Positions 29,779-38,029 of a DNA stretch of 64,000 nucleotides are shown here, one piece after another. A model generated the notes under the pieces. That model was not told the origin of the DNA and ran no database searches. It saw nothing but the letters and a program-made list of their open reading frames with translations. The DNA is from Raillietiella orientalis (Eukaryota), in contig JAYWIR010000071.1 of assembly GCA_036172245.1 (NCBI GenBank), forward strand, positions 62,001-126,000, in the 5' to 3' direction. How positions within the stretch are numbered: the stretch's first letter is position 1; each line of letters begins with the position of its first letter. Made by a program: the position numbers and the translations under genes.

Positions 29779-32700
29779 TTTCCCCAAGTCCCACAAGGGG
29801 TGGGGTAAATTTATTTTCTATAAAAATACAATTTTTGCATTCACACTCACATTCACTCTATGTTTACTCTTTGTCTCTCACTTTGAAGTCCTGGGGGGTT
29901 CACTAGAGTTCTGCTTTTACCTCAGGGTGGATTTCCAGCTGGATGGTCCCGGGCGTCGTCCTCGATCCTCTTCAGGATGAATCTGTACGTCCAGGCTTGG
30001 ATGCGTCCACAATTCCTGATGCCGATCTCCTTCTTGATGAGTCCTTGCAGGATCTCCATCGGGGTTGCGGCTCTGCTGGCTCTTCTCATCTTCCACCACC
30101 GCACAAGTATGGCGGTGATGAAGAGGGCAATGGTCGTCCTCACCATGGGATTGTAACAGGGAACATTACCATTTCCCTGAAACATCCCGGCGAGGATCTC
30201 CATCACGGAACTGGTCGTCATTCCAATGATCCTTTTCAGGATCAGCCAGTCGTGAAGGAGTGTGGGACACGTCAAGATGTGAAGTCTTGTATCGTTGTCA
30301 CCACACGCCGTGCAGTCTCCGTCTTCCCGTCTTCTGGTGAAGTACTTGAGTCTGGACCCGCTCAGGATACCTCCATGGTAAAACATCAGGAGGTTGTCCT
30401 GGGTGTCCGGCGGAAGGTCACTCCTCCAGAGCGTTGTGCCGATCGCCAACAGGTTGATGCGATCGCTCCCGTAGCGGTCGGCGGCTTCTTGGAGGGCACT
30501 GCTATCCTTTTCTTCGTCTCTGATCATCTTCCGGAGGTTCATTTTGGTCACCCTCGACCACGCGAAGTCGTTGTGGTTAATCCACACCTCGCGGGTCTGG
30601 TGGGTGAACCTCCCTAACATCATCTCTATGTACCGGAGTACACGAGAATGATGTAGGTATCCTCCTCGGCGCCATTCCTGGATCCGTTGCAGGGTAACTC
30701 TGGGCCGCTGGTAGATCCAGCTTCTCGTGTCCGGAGGGACCGGAAGCATCCAGGGGATCACCAGGATGGACTCGTCCTGCCAGAGTTCCCTGCTTCTTGG
30801 CACGATCTTCATCTTGTGCTTTCGCACAAGCCGCTGTTTTCTTCTCCAGGTTGGGTCGATGGTGATCCATTCCCCTGCTCGGCCTAGCAGCGCAGTCATC
30901 AGGCCTTTCGAGTTGTTCAGCAACAACGCGTAGGCCCTGTGCGCCGCATACGGCCAGTCATCCCAGTGAGTGGCTATGTCCAGGATGTGTCGCGTATCCA
31001 TGATTTCCATGGAATGTGCAGGCGACTTCATCCCGGAACCGCCTTCTTCCCTGGGACGACACAGAGGTTTGAGACGGACTCTTGGGCGATAATGGCCCCA
31101 CAAAGTTTTCCTCTGCAGCTTTTCTACTTCTCTTGTGGTTTCTTTATTCATTCGTGCGAAGGCCGCCACGAAGAGTATCTTTGGTAGAAGTACTCCGTTC
31201 CACAGGTTGGCTCTTCGCTTCATGTTAAAGTCCACTCGAGTGTACTTCGCTGCTTCCTTGGCCGTTTTCCCCAGGATTTCCGTCCACAGCAGTTTCGACG
31301 CAGAGTCGTCGCCGATGTAGACTCCCAGGTACTTGGCCGTGTCCACCGTACGGAATCCACTCCCCGTTAGAGTGGAGAGGTTCAGGATTCCGACGGGCAA
31401 AAGCTGGCTCTTTTGGGCGTTGATTTTCAAGCCCAGTCCCTGTTCCATGAGGTCGACCACATCCAGGAACGCTCCTTGATTCCTCTCTCCCTTGATGAAG
31501 AAGAGGAGATCATCTGCGTATGCCAGATGGGTCAGGTGCTGACCATCAATGGAAATCCCTGATAGACGACCGCTTCTCTCGATGTAAGAAGACAGCGCCT
31601 CCATGTATATGACGAACAGCATTGGACTTAGCGAGTCGCCCTGCCGGACTCCTCGTTCCATCCTAATTGCTGCCGTCTCTTGGCCGTTGATTTTGATACG
31701 GCAGTACTGGTTTTGGAGTACCGCCCTCACGAAGTTGCTGAAGTGTTCCGGAAGCCCAAGCTTCTCCAGAACCTTCAGCAGCATCCCGTGGTCGATGGAG
31801 TCGAAGGCCTTCTCCATGTCGGTGAACACCAGCACCAGGTTCTCGCCGACGTATCGGCTGAGACCGACGGTGGCCTGGGCACACTTGACATTGTCAGACA
31901 TGTGTCGTCCTGGGACTGCACACGTCTGGACCGGAGAGATCAGCCTCGACATGACCCTGCCTAAGCGGTTGGACCAGATCTTCGCCAACCACTTGGCATC
32001 TGAGTTTAGGATCGAGATAGGCCTCCATTGAGCGATCTGCGTGAGATCGCCTCCTTTTGGCAGCAATCTCATCCTGCTCTCGTAGAAGGATTCCGGAAGT
32101 CGTCCTTCTTCTCGGATGCAGAGTGTCAACTGGTGGAACAAACGCAGGTAGGCGTGCAGGTACCGCTGATAGTGCGAGATGGGTACACTATCAGGGCCTG
32201 CTGCCACATCCTTGCGAAGCTGCCCAAACGCAGTCTTCACTTCTTCTTCGGAGAACTCCTCCTCCAGTCTACTTCTTTGGAGGTCGTCCGTCCTCTTCTC
32301 GAGGTAACCCAGGAAGGCTTGCTGACTCGAGCGGCAGAGATCTTGTCGTCGGAAGTGTCTCGCGTAATGCCTGTGAAAGGCTTCCGCGATATCCTCCGAC
32401 GTGTGTCGCTCTTGGCCGTCGCACTGGATGCAGAAGATATCTGTCGCCAGATTCCTCTTTTCCAGCACGCCGACCTCCCCTTTCATGTTCTGGAAGACGT
32501 ACCGACTCTCGTACTGATCGAAGTACTTCGAGAGGGAGCGATCTTGGATGTTCAGCTCCCGGTACGCTTCCTGCCTCATACGCTTACAAAAATACTGCAT
32601 ATTGCAGAACAGATGGATCCTGTGCTTCAACCTGTCCCAGTCGGCGACTCTGCGGATGGTGGTGTCCCGCAGAATCGCCTCGATGACCTCCTGGTGACAG

Positions 32701-35393
32701 GGAAGCGTTTCGAACCAGGCGGGCATGCAGATGAGCGCCGCCCTGGTGGCCTTTTCCCTACGGGGATTTTCAGTGCGGAGTGTAAACCGTACCAATGGGT
32801 GATCGGACAACAGGTGTGGAATGTCACGAAAACCCTGGATGCGGTTGTCTATCTCCGCACTGTGGAGGACGTGATCGATCGGTTTGTGGCTAGCTGTTCG
32901 CCACAAAAGTCCGAACTCGTCGGACAGCCGCCGATACGCCGCTCTTCCCCTTGCATCCTGAGAATACTTGATTTCATCAAGGATGTTGAAATCCCCAGCG
33001 ACGATGACTATGTCCTTCGGTGCCACTCGTTTGCGGAGTTCTTCTTGCAGTTTCTCCGCGCACCGATGCTTGATCTTGTGCGGTCCGTAGACGTTCACCA
33101 GGAAGAGGTGAACGTTACTGGACCAGGACAGTCGCACGCCGATTACTCTGCCAGGTACCGGACAGAAGGTTTCCAAAATGGTGTGGGCGAGCTCGTTCTT
33201 GATGAGGATCGCCACCCCCATGGTCTTCTTCTGTCCCTCGCTGGCGAACAGTTGTCCGTCGAATCGGCGTTCCATCTCCAGGGCGTTCTGCTGCCCGAGA
33301 CGGTGGATTTCTTGTAGGCACACCACATCCTGTCTTGCGATGGTCCGCATGATACTTTTTCTCTTTCCCTGGTCCGTCAGTCCATTCACATTCCAGGAGG
33401 CGATGTTAATCCTCCTGGCACTGGACAGCGACGAGGCCATGAAAGGGGGGGGAGTCCTACTTCACCTTTCTTGCCTTCCTTAGCTTCTTCTGCTGGGGAG
33501 ACTTGTTCAGTTTCCCTGCTGAAGAAGTGGGTTTTTCACTGCCGGCATCACTCTCGGTGCCGGTGTGATCAGTGGACTCCTGTTCGTCCACAGAGCGTTC
33601 CGCCTTGGCGACCACCTTGCGCGGAAGGGTCTCCAGCGAGACCGTCGCACAGAATGCCGCCTTCAGGTCGCCCAGCTGGTCCTCCAGCTTTTCCCGCTCT
33701 GGTTCTACAACCATGCGGTTTACGTCGTCTTGGACCTCGCAGATGCGGTTCAGGATTTTTGCCTGTTCCGCCTCCGGTTGGCCCTGGCGAACCTCCTCTG
33801 CCAGTTTAACCACCTCCTCGGAAAGTTGCAGGGCCTCCTGCGTCTCCGGGACTGGTTCTGGCGTCTTCTCCTCCTTCTCCGTTTCCTCCGCCACCTCCAT
33901 ACTCTCGCCTACCGCCGCTTCAACTACCGGGGTTTGAGGAATCTGTTGCTCCCTTGCGAGCATCTTCCTTTTCCCCTTCTTCCCCACCTCGACGAAGCCG
34001 TCTGCCGAGACCGGAGCTGCCTCTCTTGCCTTCTTTTGTTTCGCTAGCTGAGGTTTGATCACCTCAGCTAGCACCCTTTCCCTCACGGGGGATTCTCCAC
34101 GGATTGTCCGGTAGTTAGCAAACTCCGGACAACTCCATTTCGCATGCCCGGGTTGTTTGCAGAACGAGCAAACTTCGGGCATGGTGCAATTTCGGACCAC
34201 GTGGCCCATCTTTCCGCACCGGAAACAGCGCGACCTAGGGCACGCGCCCATCCGGTGGCCAAAGTTTTTGCAGCCGGTGCAAAAGATCGGCTGCTGCCTG
34301 TATCGAATTGAGACGTCCTGCGACGCCTCGTCGATATGCACGTTTCCGGGGATTTGCGCCCCCTCCTTTAATTTTATCTTGGCGATCAGCTCGCCCGAGA
34401 AGATGTTTCCGGAGATGTTCTGGGTTTTCATCTCCAGAACCTCTCCGTATTGGGACAGGAAGTCCCACACCGTTTGTCTCTCGGTGAGGATGCCAAGGCC
34501 ATTCACGAAGACGGTCGTGTAAGGCATCTCGCCGATGCCTTGCACCATCTTCCCTTGGATGTTGATGCCCTTTTCGATAAGGGCCTCCCGCAGCTCCTCG
34601 CAGTCTGTATAAAGGATAAATCCCGCTGAGTTCGGGATTATCGCCTGCAGCCGGTCAAAGTCCACATTCGTCTTGTAGAGGGCGCAGTACACCTCCCTCA
34701 CATTGTTGAACCGGATCAGTCCGGTTTTAAAAATTATCGGCTTGGACGCCGGGCTGAGTCGAACCATCGGCTCCTTCGTTCGAGTGATGATTTCACTCGC
34801 CGGTTTGCCGAATGCTCTATTCGGTTGGGCAAAGGCCTGCCCCGCCGTCACCGCCGCATACGAAAAAGGCGGTTTCGCCGTCGCCGCCGAGCAAGATGGC
34901 GTCGCACCTTGCACTGTGTGCGCCGCGTGGACGCCCGCGGCTCCCGCCTGGGACGCCGCCGCCACCGCGGGCGCGACCCTCGGCGTCGCCGCTGCCTCCT
35001 CGCCACTGCCGCATATTACCTCCATGTGTTCCTCCATGTGGAGCAGCCGTCGACCCCCTTCTTCCTTGTGCCTCCTTGCGGCTGCCGTTGCTGCCGCGCT
35101 TCTTGTTTGGAGGACTTCCACCTCGGGTCCTTCGGCGCTGCTGCTGCTGCTGCTGTCGGGTATTTCCGTCGGTTGCACAGTCACTTCCACACTATTCTTT
35201 TCGAGGCACTTGATCTGTTCTTCCATGGGGGTCGACGGCTGCTCCACTCCTTGGATGTGCCTCCTTGCGGCTGCCGTTGCTGCCGCACTTCTTGTTTGGA
35301 GGACTTCCACCTCGGGTCCTTCGGCGCTACTGCTGCTGTCGGGTATTTCCCTCGGTGGCACAGTCACTTCCACACTATTCTTCGGCAGGCACT
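29779..35393 (-). mobile_element. E1: L1/Tx1-clade non-LTR retrotransposon, family A, apparently intact, directly downstream of the intact U4 gene
   Basis: ORF1 + ORF2 (APE, RT, zinc finger); 3' UTR with AATAAA, terminal hairpin and short A-tail joined to U4 nt 20. Confidence 0.93.
29922..33440 (-). CDS. E1 ORF2, APE endonuclease-reverse transcriptase (1172 aa)
   Basis: APE motifs SWNVNG, LQE, GDFN, IDH, SDH; RT motifs WRPISILNSD, DMEKAFD, GVRQGD, YADD, YLG; C-terminal CTAC...H...C. Confidence 0.95.
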   Translation of the reverse strand: MASSLSSARRINIASWNVNGLTDQGKRKSIMRTIARQDVVCLQEIHRLGQQNALEMERRFDGQLFASEGQKKTMGVAILIKNELAHTILETFCPVPGRVIGVRLSWSSNVHLFLVNVYGPHKIKHRCAEKLQEELRKRVAPKDIVIVAGDFNILDEIKYSQDARGRAAYRRLSDEFGLLWRTASHKPIDHVLHSAEIDNRIQGFRDIPHLLSDHPLVRFTLRTENPRREKATRAALICMPAWFETLPCHQEVIEAILRDTTIRRVADWDRLKHRIHLFCNMQYFCKRMRQEAYRELNIQDRSLSKYFDQYESRYVFQNMKGEVGVLEKRNLATDIFCIQCDGQERHTSEDIAEAFHRHYARHFRRQDLCRSSQQAFLGYLEKRTDDLQRSRLEEEFSEEEVKTAFGQLRKDVAAGPDSVPISHYQRYLHAYLRLFHQLTLCIREEGRLPESFYESRMRLLPKGGDLTQIAQWRPISILNSDAKWLAKIWSNRLGRVMSRLISPVQTCAVPGRHMSDNVKCAQATVGLSRYVGENLVLVFTDMEKAFDSIDHGMLLKVLEKLGLPEHFSNFVRAVLQNQYCRIKINGQETAAIRMERGVRQGDSLSPMLFVIYMEALSSYIERSGRLSGISIDGQHLTHLAYADDLLFFIKGERNQGAFLDVVDLMEQGLGLKINAQKSQLLPVGILNLSTLTGSGFRTVDTAKYLGVYIGDDSASKLLWTEILGKTAKEAAKYTRVDFNMKRRANLWNGVLLPKILFVAAFARMNKETTREVEKLQRKTLWGHYRPRVRLKPLCRPREEGGSGMKSPAHSMEIMDTRHILDIATHWDDWPYAAHRAYALLLNNSKGLMTALLGRAGEWITIDPTWRRKQRLVRKHKMKIVPRSRELWQDESILVIPWMLPVPPDTRSWIYQRPRVTLQRIQEWRRGGYLHHSRVLRYIEMMLGRFTHQTREVWINHNDFAWSRVTKMNLRKMIRDEEKDSSALQEAADRYGSDRINLLAIGTTLWRSDLPPDTQDNLLMFYHGGILSGSRLKYFTRRREDGDCTACGDNDTRLHILTCPTLLHDWLILKRIIGMTTSSVMEILAGMFQGNGNVPCYNPMVRTTIALFITAILVRWWKMRRASRAATPMEILQGLIKKEIGIRNCGRIQAWTYRFILKRIEDDARDHPAGNPP

Positions 35394-35409
35394 TGCCCTG
35401 TGAGGGCAC
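33457..35409 (-). CDS. E1 ORF1, gag-like RNA-binding protein (RRM-like region + 3 CCHC zinc knuckles)
   Basis: CTGCKNFGHRMGAC, CFRCGKMGHVVRNC, CSFCKQPGHAKWSC. The open frame begins at a GTG inside the U4 3' hairpin; the true start is probably a downstream ATG (MEE...). Confidence 0.88.
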   Translation of the reverse strand: MPSQGKCLPKNSVEVTVPPREIPDSSSSAEGPEVEVLQTRSAAATAAARRHIQGVEQPSTPMEEQIKCLEKNSVEVTVQPTEIPDSSSSSSAEGPEVEVLQTRSAAATAAARRHKEEGGRRLLHMEEHMEVICGSGEEAAATPRVAPAVAAASQAGAAGVHAAHTVQGATPSCSAATAKPPFSYAAVTAGQAFAQPNRAFGKPASEIITRTKEPMVRLSPASKPIIFKTGLIRFNNVREVYCALYKTNVDFDRLQAIIPNSAGFILYTDCEELREALIEKGINIQGKMVQGIGEMPYTTVFVNGLGILTERQTVWDFLSQYGEVLEMKTQNISGNIFSGELIAKIKLKEGAQIPGNVHIDEASQDVSIRYRQQPIFCTGCKNFGHRMGACPRSRCFRCGKMGHVVRNCTMPEVCSFCKQPGHAKWSCPEFANYRTIRGESPVRERVLAEVIKPQLAKQKKAREAAPVSADGFVEVGKKGKRKMLAREQQIPQTPVVEAAVGESMEVAEETEKEEKTPEPVPETQEALQLSEEVVKLAEEVRQGQPEAEQAKILNRICEVQDDVNRMVVEPEREKLEDQLGDLKAAFCATVSLETLPRKVVAKAERSVDEQESTDHTGTESDAGSEKPTSSAGKLNKSPQQKKLRKARKVK

Positions 35410-35533
35410 ACAAAAATTGCCGCGGCAGTGGTTTTACGCACTGCCTTGGCGGGGTATTGGGTAAAGTTTTCAACTAGCAATAATCGCGGCTCAGTCGCCT
35501 TCCTCGCCTACGATACTGCCCGTGCGCAAGGCT
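35394..35533 (-). ncRNA. U4: U4 spliceosomal snRNA, full length (140 nt)
   Basis: Minus strand reads AGCCTTGCGCACGGGCAGTATCGTAGGCGAGGAAGGCGACTGAGCCGCGATTATTGCTAGTTGAAAACTTTACCCAATACCCCGCC...GCAATTTTTGTGTGCCCTCACAGGGCA, colinear with human U4 (AGCTTTGCGCAGTGGCAGTATCGTAGCC...GCGATTATTGCTAATTGAAAACTTTTCCCAATACCCCGCC). It has the U6-pairing stem II and stem I, a K-turn (GGC-GAG-GA...GA-GCC), an Sm site AATTTTTG and a terminal hairpin. Confidence 0.96.
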
Positions 35534-35594
35534 GGCGATTAAAGTTTTTGATGGTCCGGATTCCGCGGGCAGTATTTGTGCGTAGTTACGTATG

Positions 35595-36076
35595 CGTTTT
35601 ATTTGTGGTAGGTTTTGTTGAATTGGTGTTTTTGAGAGTATTGTTTAGTGGTTTTTTTATTTTGCTTTTTGTTTTGGTTTTTTTTGTCTTTCTTGTTATT
35701 TGAGTTTGTTTTTGACTTTGTGTTAGTTTGTTATTTTTCGCGGTTTTGTGAATTTGCTTCATGCTTCCCTCTTTGTTTTGATTCTTGAACTATTTTTTTT
35801 TCTATTATTTTACCATTTTTGTTGTGTGTAGTGATTTTTTTTTTTTCTTTGTTCTTTTTTGTGTGTTTCGTCTATTTTTCGTGTGATGTGTTTTTTTTCT
35901 TCGTTTATTTTGAAATTTTTTTTATTTCGTGGTTTGATTTTCTTCCACTAGATGCTGCTAGTTTCGTGTTTTGAATTTGGCCGTTTTTTGAATTTTCTTT
36001 GGATGCTCTTCGTGATTTTTCGCCCAAGGTAACGAATTGCTGTAAGAGGAGTACTTGTTTTTTTTTTTTTTTTTTT
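35595..36076. repeat. T-rich low-complexity tract upstream of the U4 gene, ending in poly(T)
   Basis: Strong T skew on the + strand; long T run at about 36058-36076. Confidence 0.85.
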
Positions 36077-38008
36077 AACTACGCATAAGGGCAGGTTGGG
36101 TGAAAGGAAGCGACGTTACCTCTTCTGTATTTACTGTGGGAAGAAAGATTGTAAACACGGTGTAGAGAATGATATTTCTCCATCCTTTGACGTTATGTGC
36201 TCGTACTTATGTGTGTTATATGTGGGTAGTACTGGAAAATTTTTTCATTTAAGTCTTTTCTGCCAATGTGTTGAAGTACTTTTTGTTTTATCTTAATGTG
36301 AGGAGTCTTTGGCAGGTTTTGGAGCGGCGGTTGCTGCTGATCCTGCGCGTTTCTTCCGATTACACCTTTTCTATTTCCTTTTGCAGTTTGCCCCATCGAA
36401 CACATGTCCATCGGCTGTACGAATCGGTTGTTCATGTTGCTGTGCAACGTGTGAGGTGCCACTTCTTTTCGTATCTGTCAAAGTTCTCGCTCTGCAATTT
36501 CGCATTGTATTTCTGCTGTATGGTTCTTTTTGACATGTTCGCACTTTTTGGGGACGCATCTTTTCTTCTTCATCTTCTTTTTTCCATCTATGTTGAGAAT
36601 GCATCCGTTCGCTGTGTGTTTGGCGTGTGCGCTCGTTTTCGCAAGTCTCAATTACGTGCCCGCGGGTGCTCTGCTGAAGAATGAATGGTGCGACCCGCGT
36701 AAGAGGCTGAATTCTTGCTGTTCGAGTTTGTTCTGCAATTTCTCGCTTCGTTATGATTCCTTCATTTTTCAGTGGCGAATGCTGCGGTTCGGCGGATCCC
36801 GTGTGTTCTTTCCATCGAAAGGTGTTTTTTCACCGCTTTCGTTAGCATTTCCTGCTTCCGTTCGGTTGTCTCCTACTCGGGCTTGCAACTTGCCCCCGGT
36901 GTCGAAGAGTGATCGCCAAGAATCTGTTACCTGTTCCGGAAAATTTCTGCATCCCAAAGACTTTTTCTTTTGCAACCACTTGCTGACCAGTGCCGCTCTG
37001 TCCTGCTTGTGCGATCTCTTTCTTGTCCGTGCTGTTCATCTGGCACTTTTCGGGCGCGGGATGGCTTCGTAGAGTTTTCCGGTGCATCTCGTAAAAAAGG
37101 TTGTCCCTGCATTGGTTCGTGTCCGTCGATTTGTTGCCCGGATCAAGGTGGGGAGACCTTCCGCATCCTGCGAGGAGCCTTTTTTTTGGGGTTCTGGCAT
37201 TCCAATCAGTTGCCTTCATGGTATTCCTTCGAGTTTTTGTCTTCCCGAGCCTCAAGATTCGTAGGGTGTGCGATTCGCGATTCGTGTAGTGGTGGTGTGT
37301 TCGGTTGTGTGGTTCGTTCCTTCCTTCTGCGGTTCGTTTTGTGACGTTCTGTGGATTTTCGCTCTTCCGCCTTTCTGCTTTTTCACGACGATGCTGTGTC
37401 TGTCGACCAGGAGTGGTCTCGTCTGCTGTATGGACCATCGCATTCGGCGAACGCGTACGCATCCAACTGCTCTTCAGCTGGGATGCGGCTGTTTTTGTCT
37501 ATTGCTCCTTGATTGCGGACCCGTTGAATGTTCGGCGGCGGCGTGTTCCCGTGGCGCCCGTCTGCTTGCTGAGTGCCATCTCGCGCTTCTGCTGATCACT
37601 TCAGCGTACTCGCGGGCTGTGCACTGAGCAGCAGCGTCGGCGCGCTCGCGTGCGTAAGCGCGCCTTTACCAAACTCCGATTCGTTTGAGCGCTGCTCCTT
37701 CTCTTTTTGGTTTTGTGCGTCCTCACTCGCGCCTGCACGTCGCAGGCTCGGGCAGCCTTCCTGCTCCTGCCGAAATGTTTGCCTTCCGAGTCGCTTGCGT
37801 CCCCCGAACCCTCCTGTTCATTGTACGCAGCAGGAAAGTGCGCCCCGTGCCTCGCAGGCTTTTCGCCGCCCCCTGCGACCGTTCATAGCTCCGGGGAATG
37901 ACATCGCTCGTTTCGTCGTTCCTTGTGCGCCTCACGGGGTTGCATCCCGATCGTCGGTTCCAACGCAAGCTTCTTCTTCGTGATCCTACCCGAAAGAAGA
38001 AATTGTCT

Positions 38009-38029
38009 TGTGTGTGTGTGTGTGTGTGT
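38009..38029. repeat. (TG)n microsatellite
   Basis: About 10 TG units. Confidence 0.9.

Noticed and set aside
7878..35533. Interpreting the recurring ~120-bp block as LTRs or CRISPR-like repeats
   Set aside because: The block is U4 snRNA sequence. The elements have APE-RT with no protease, RNase H or integrase, and the spacers are whole 5-kb elements.
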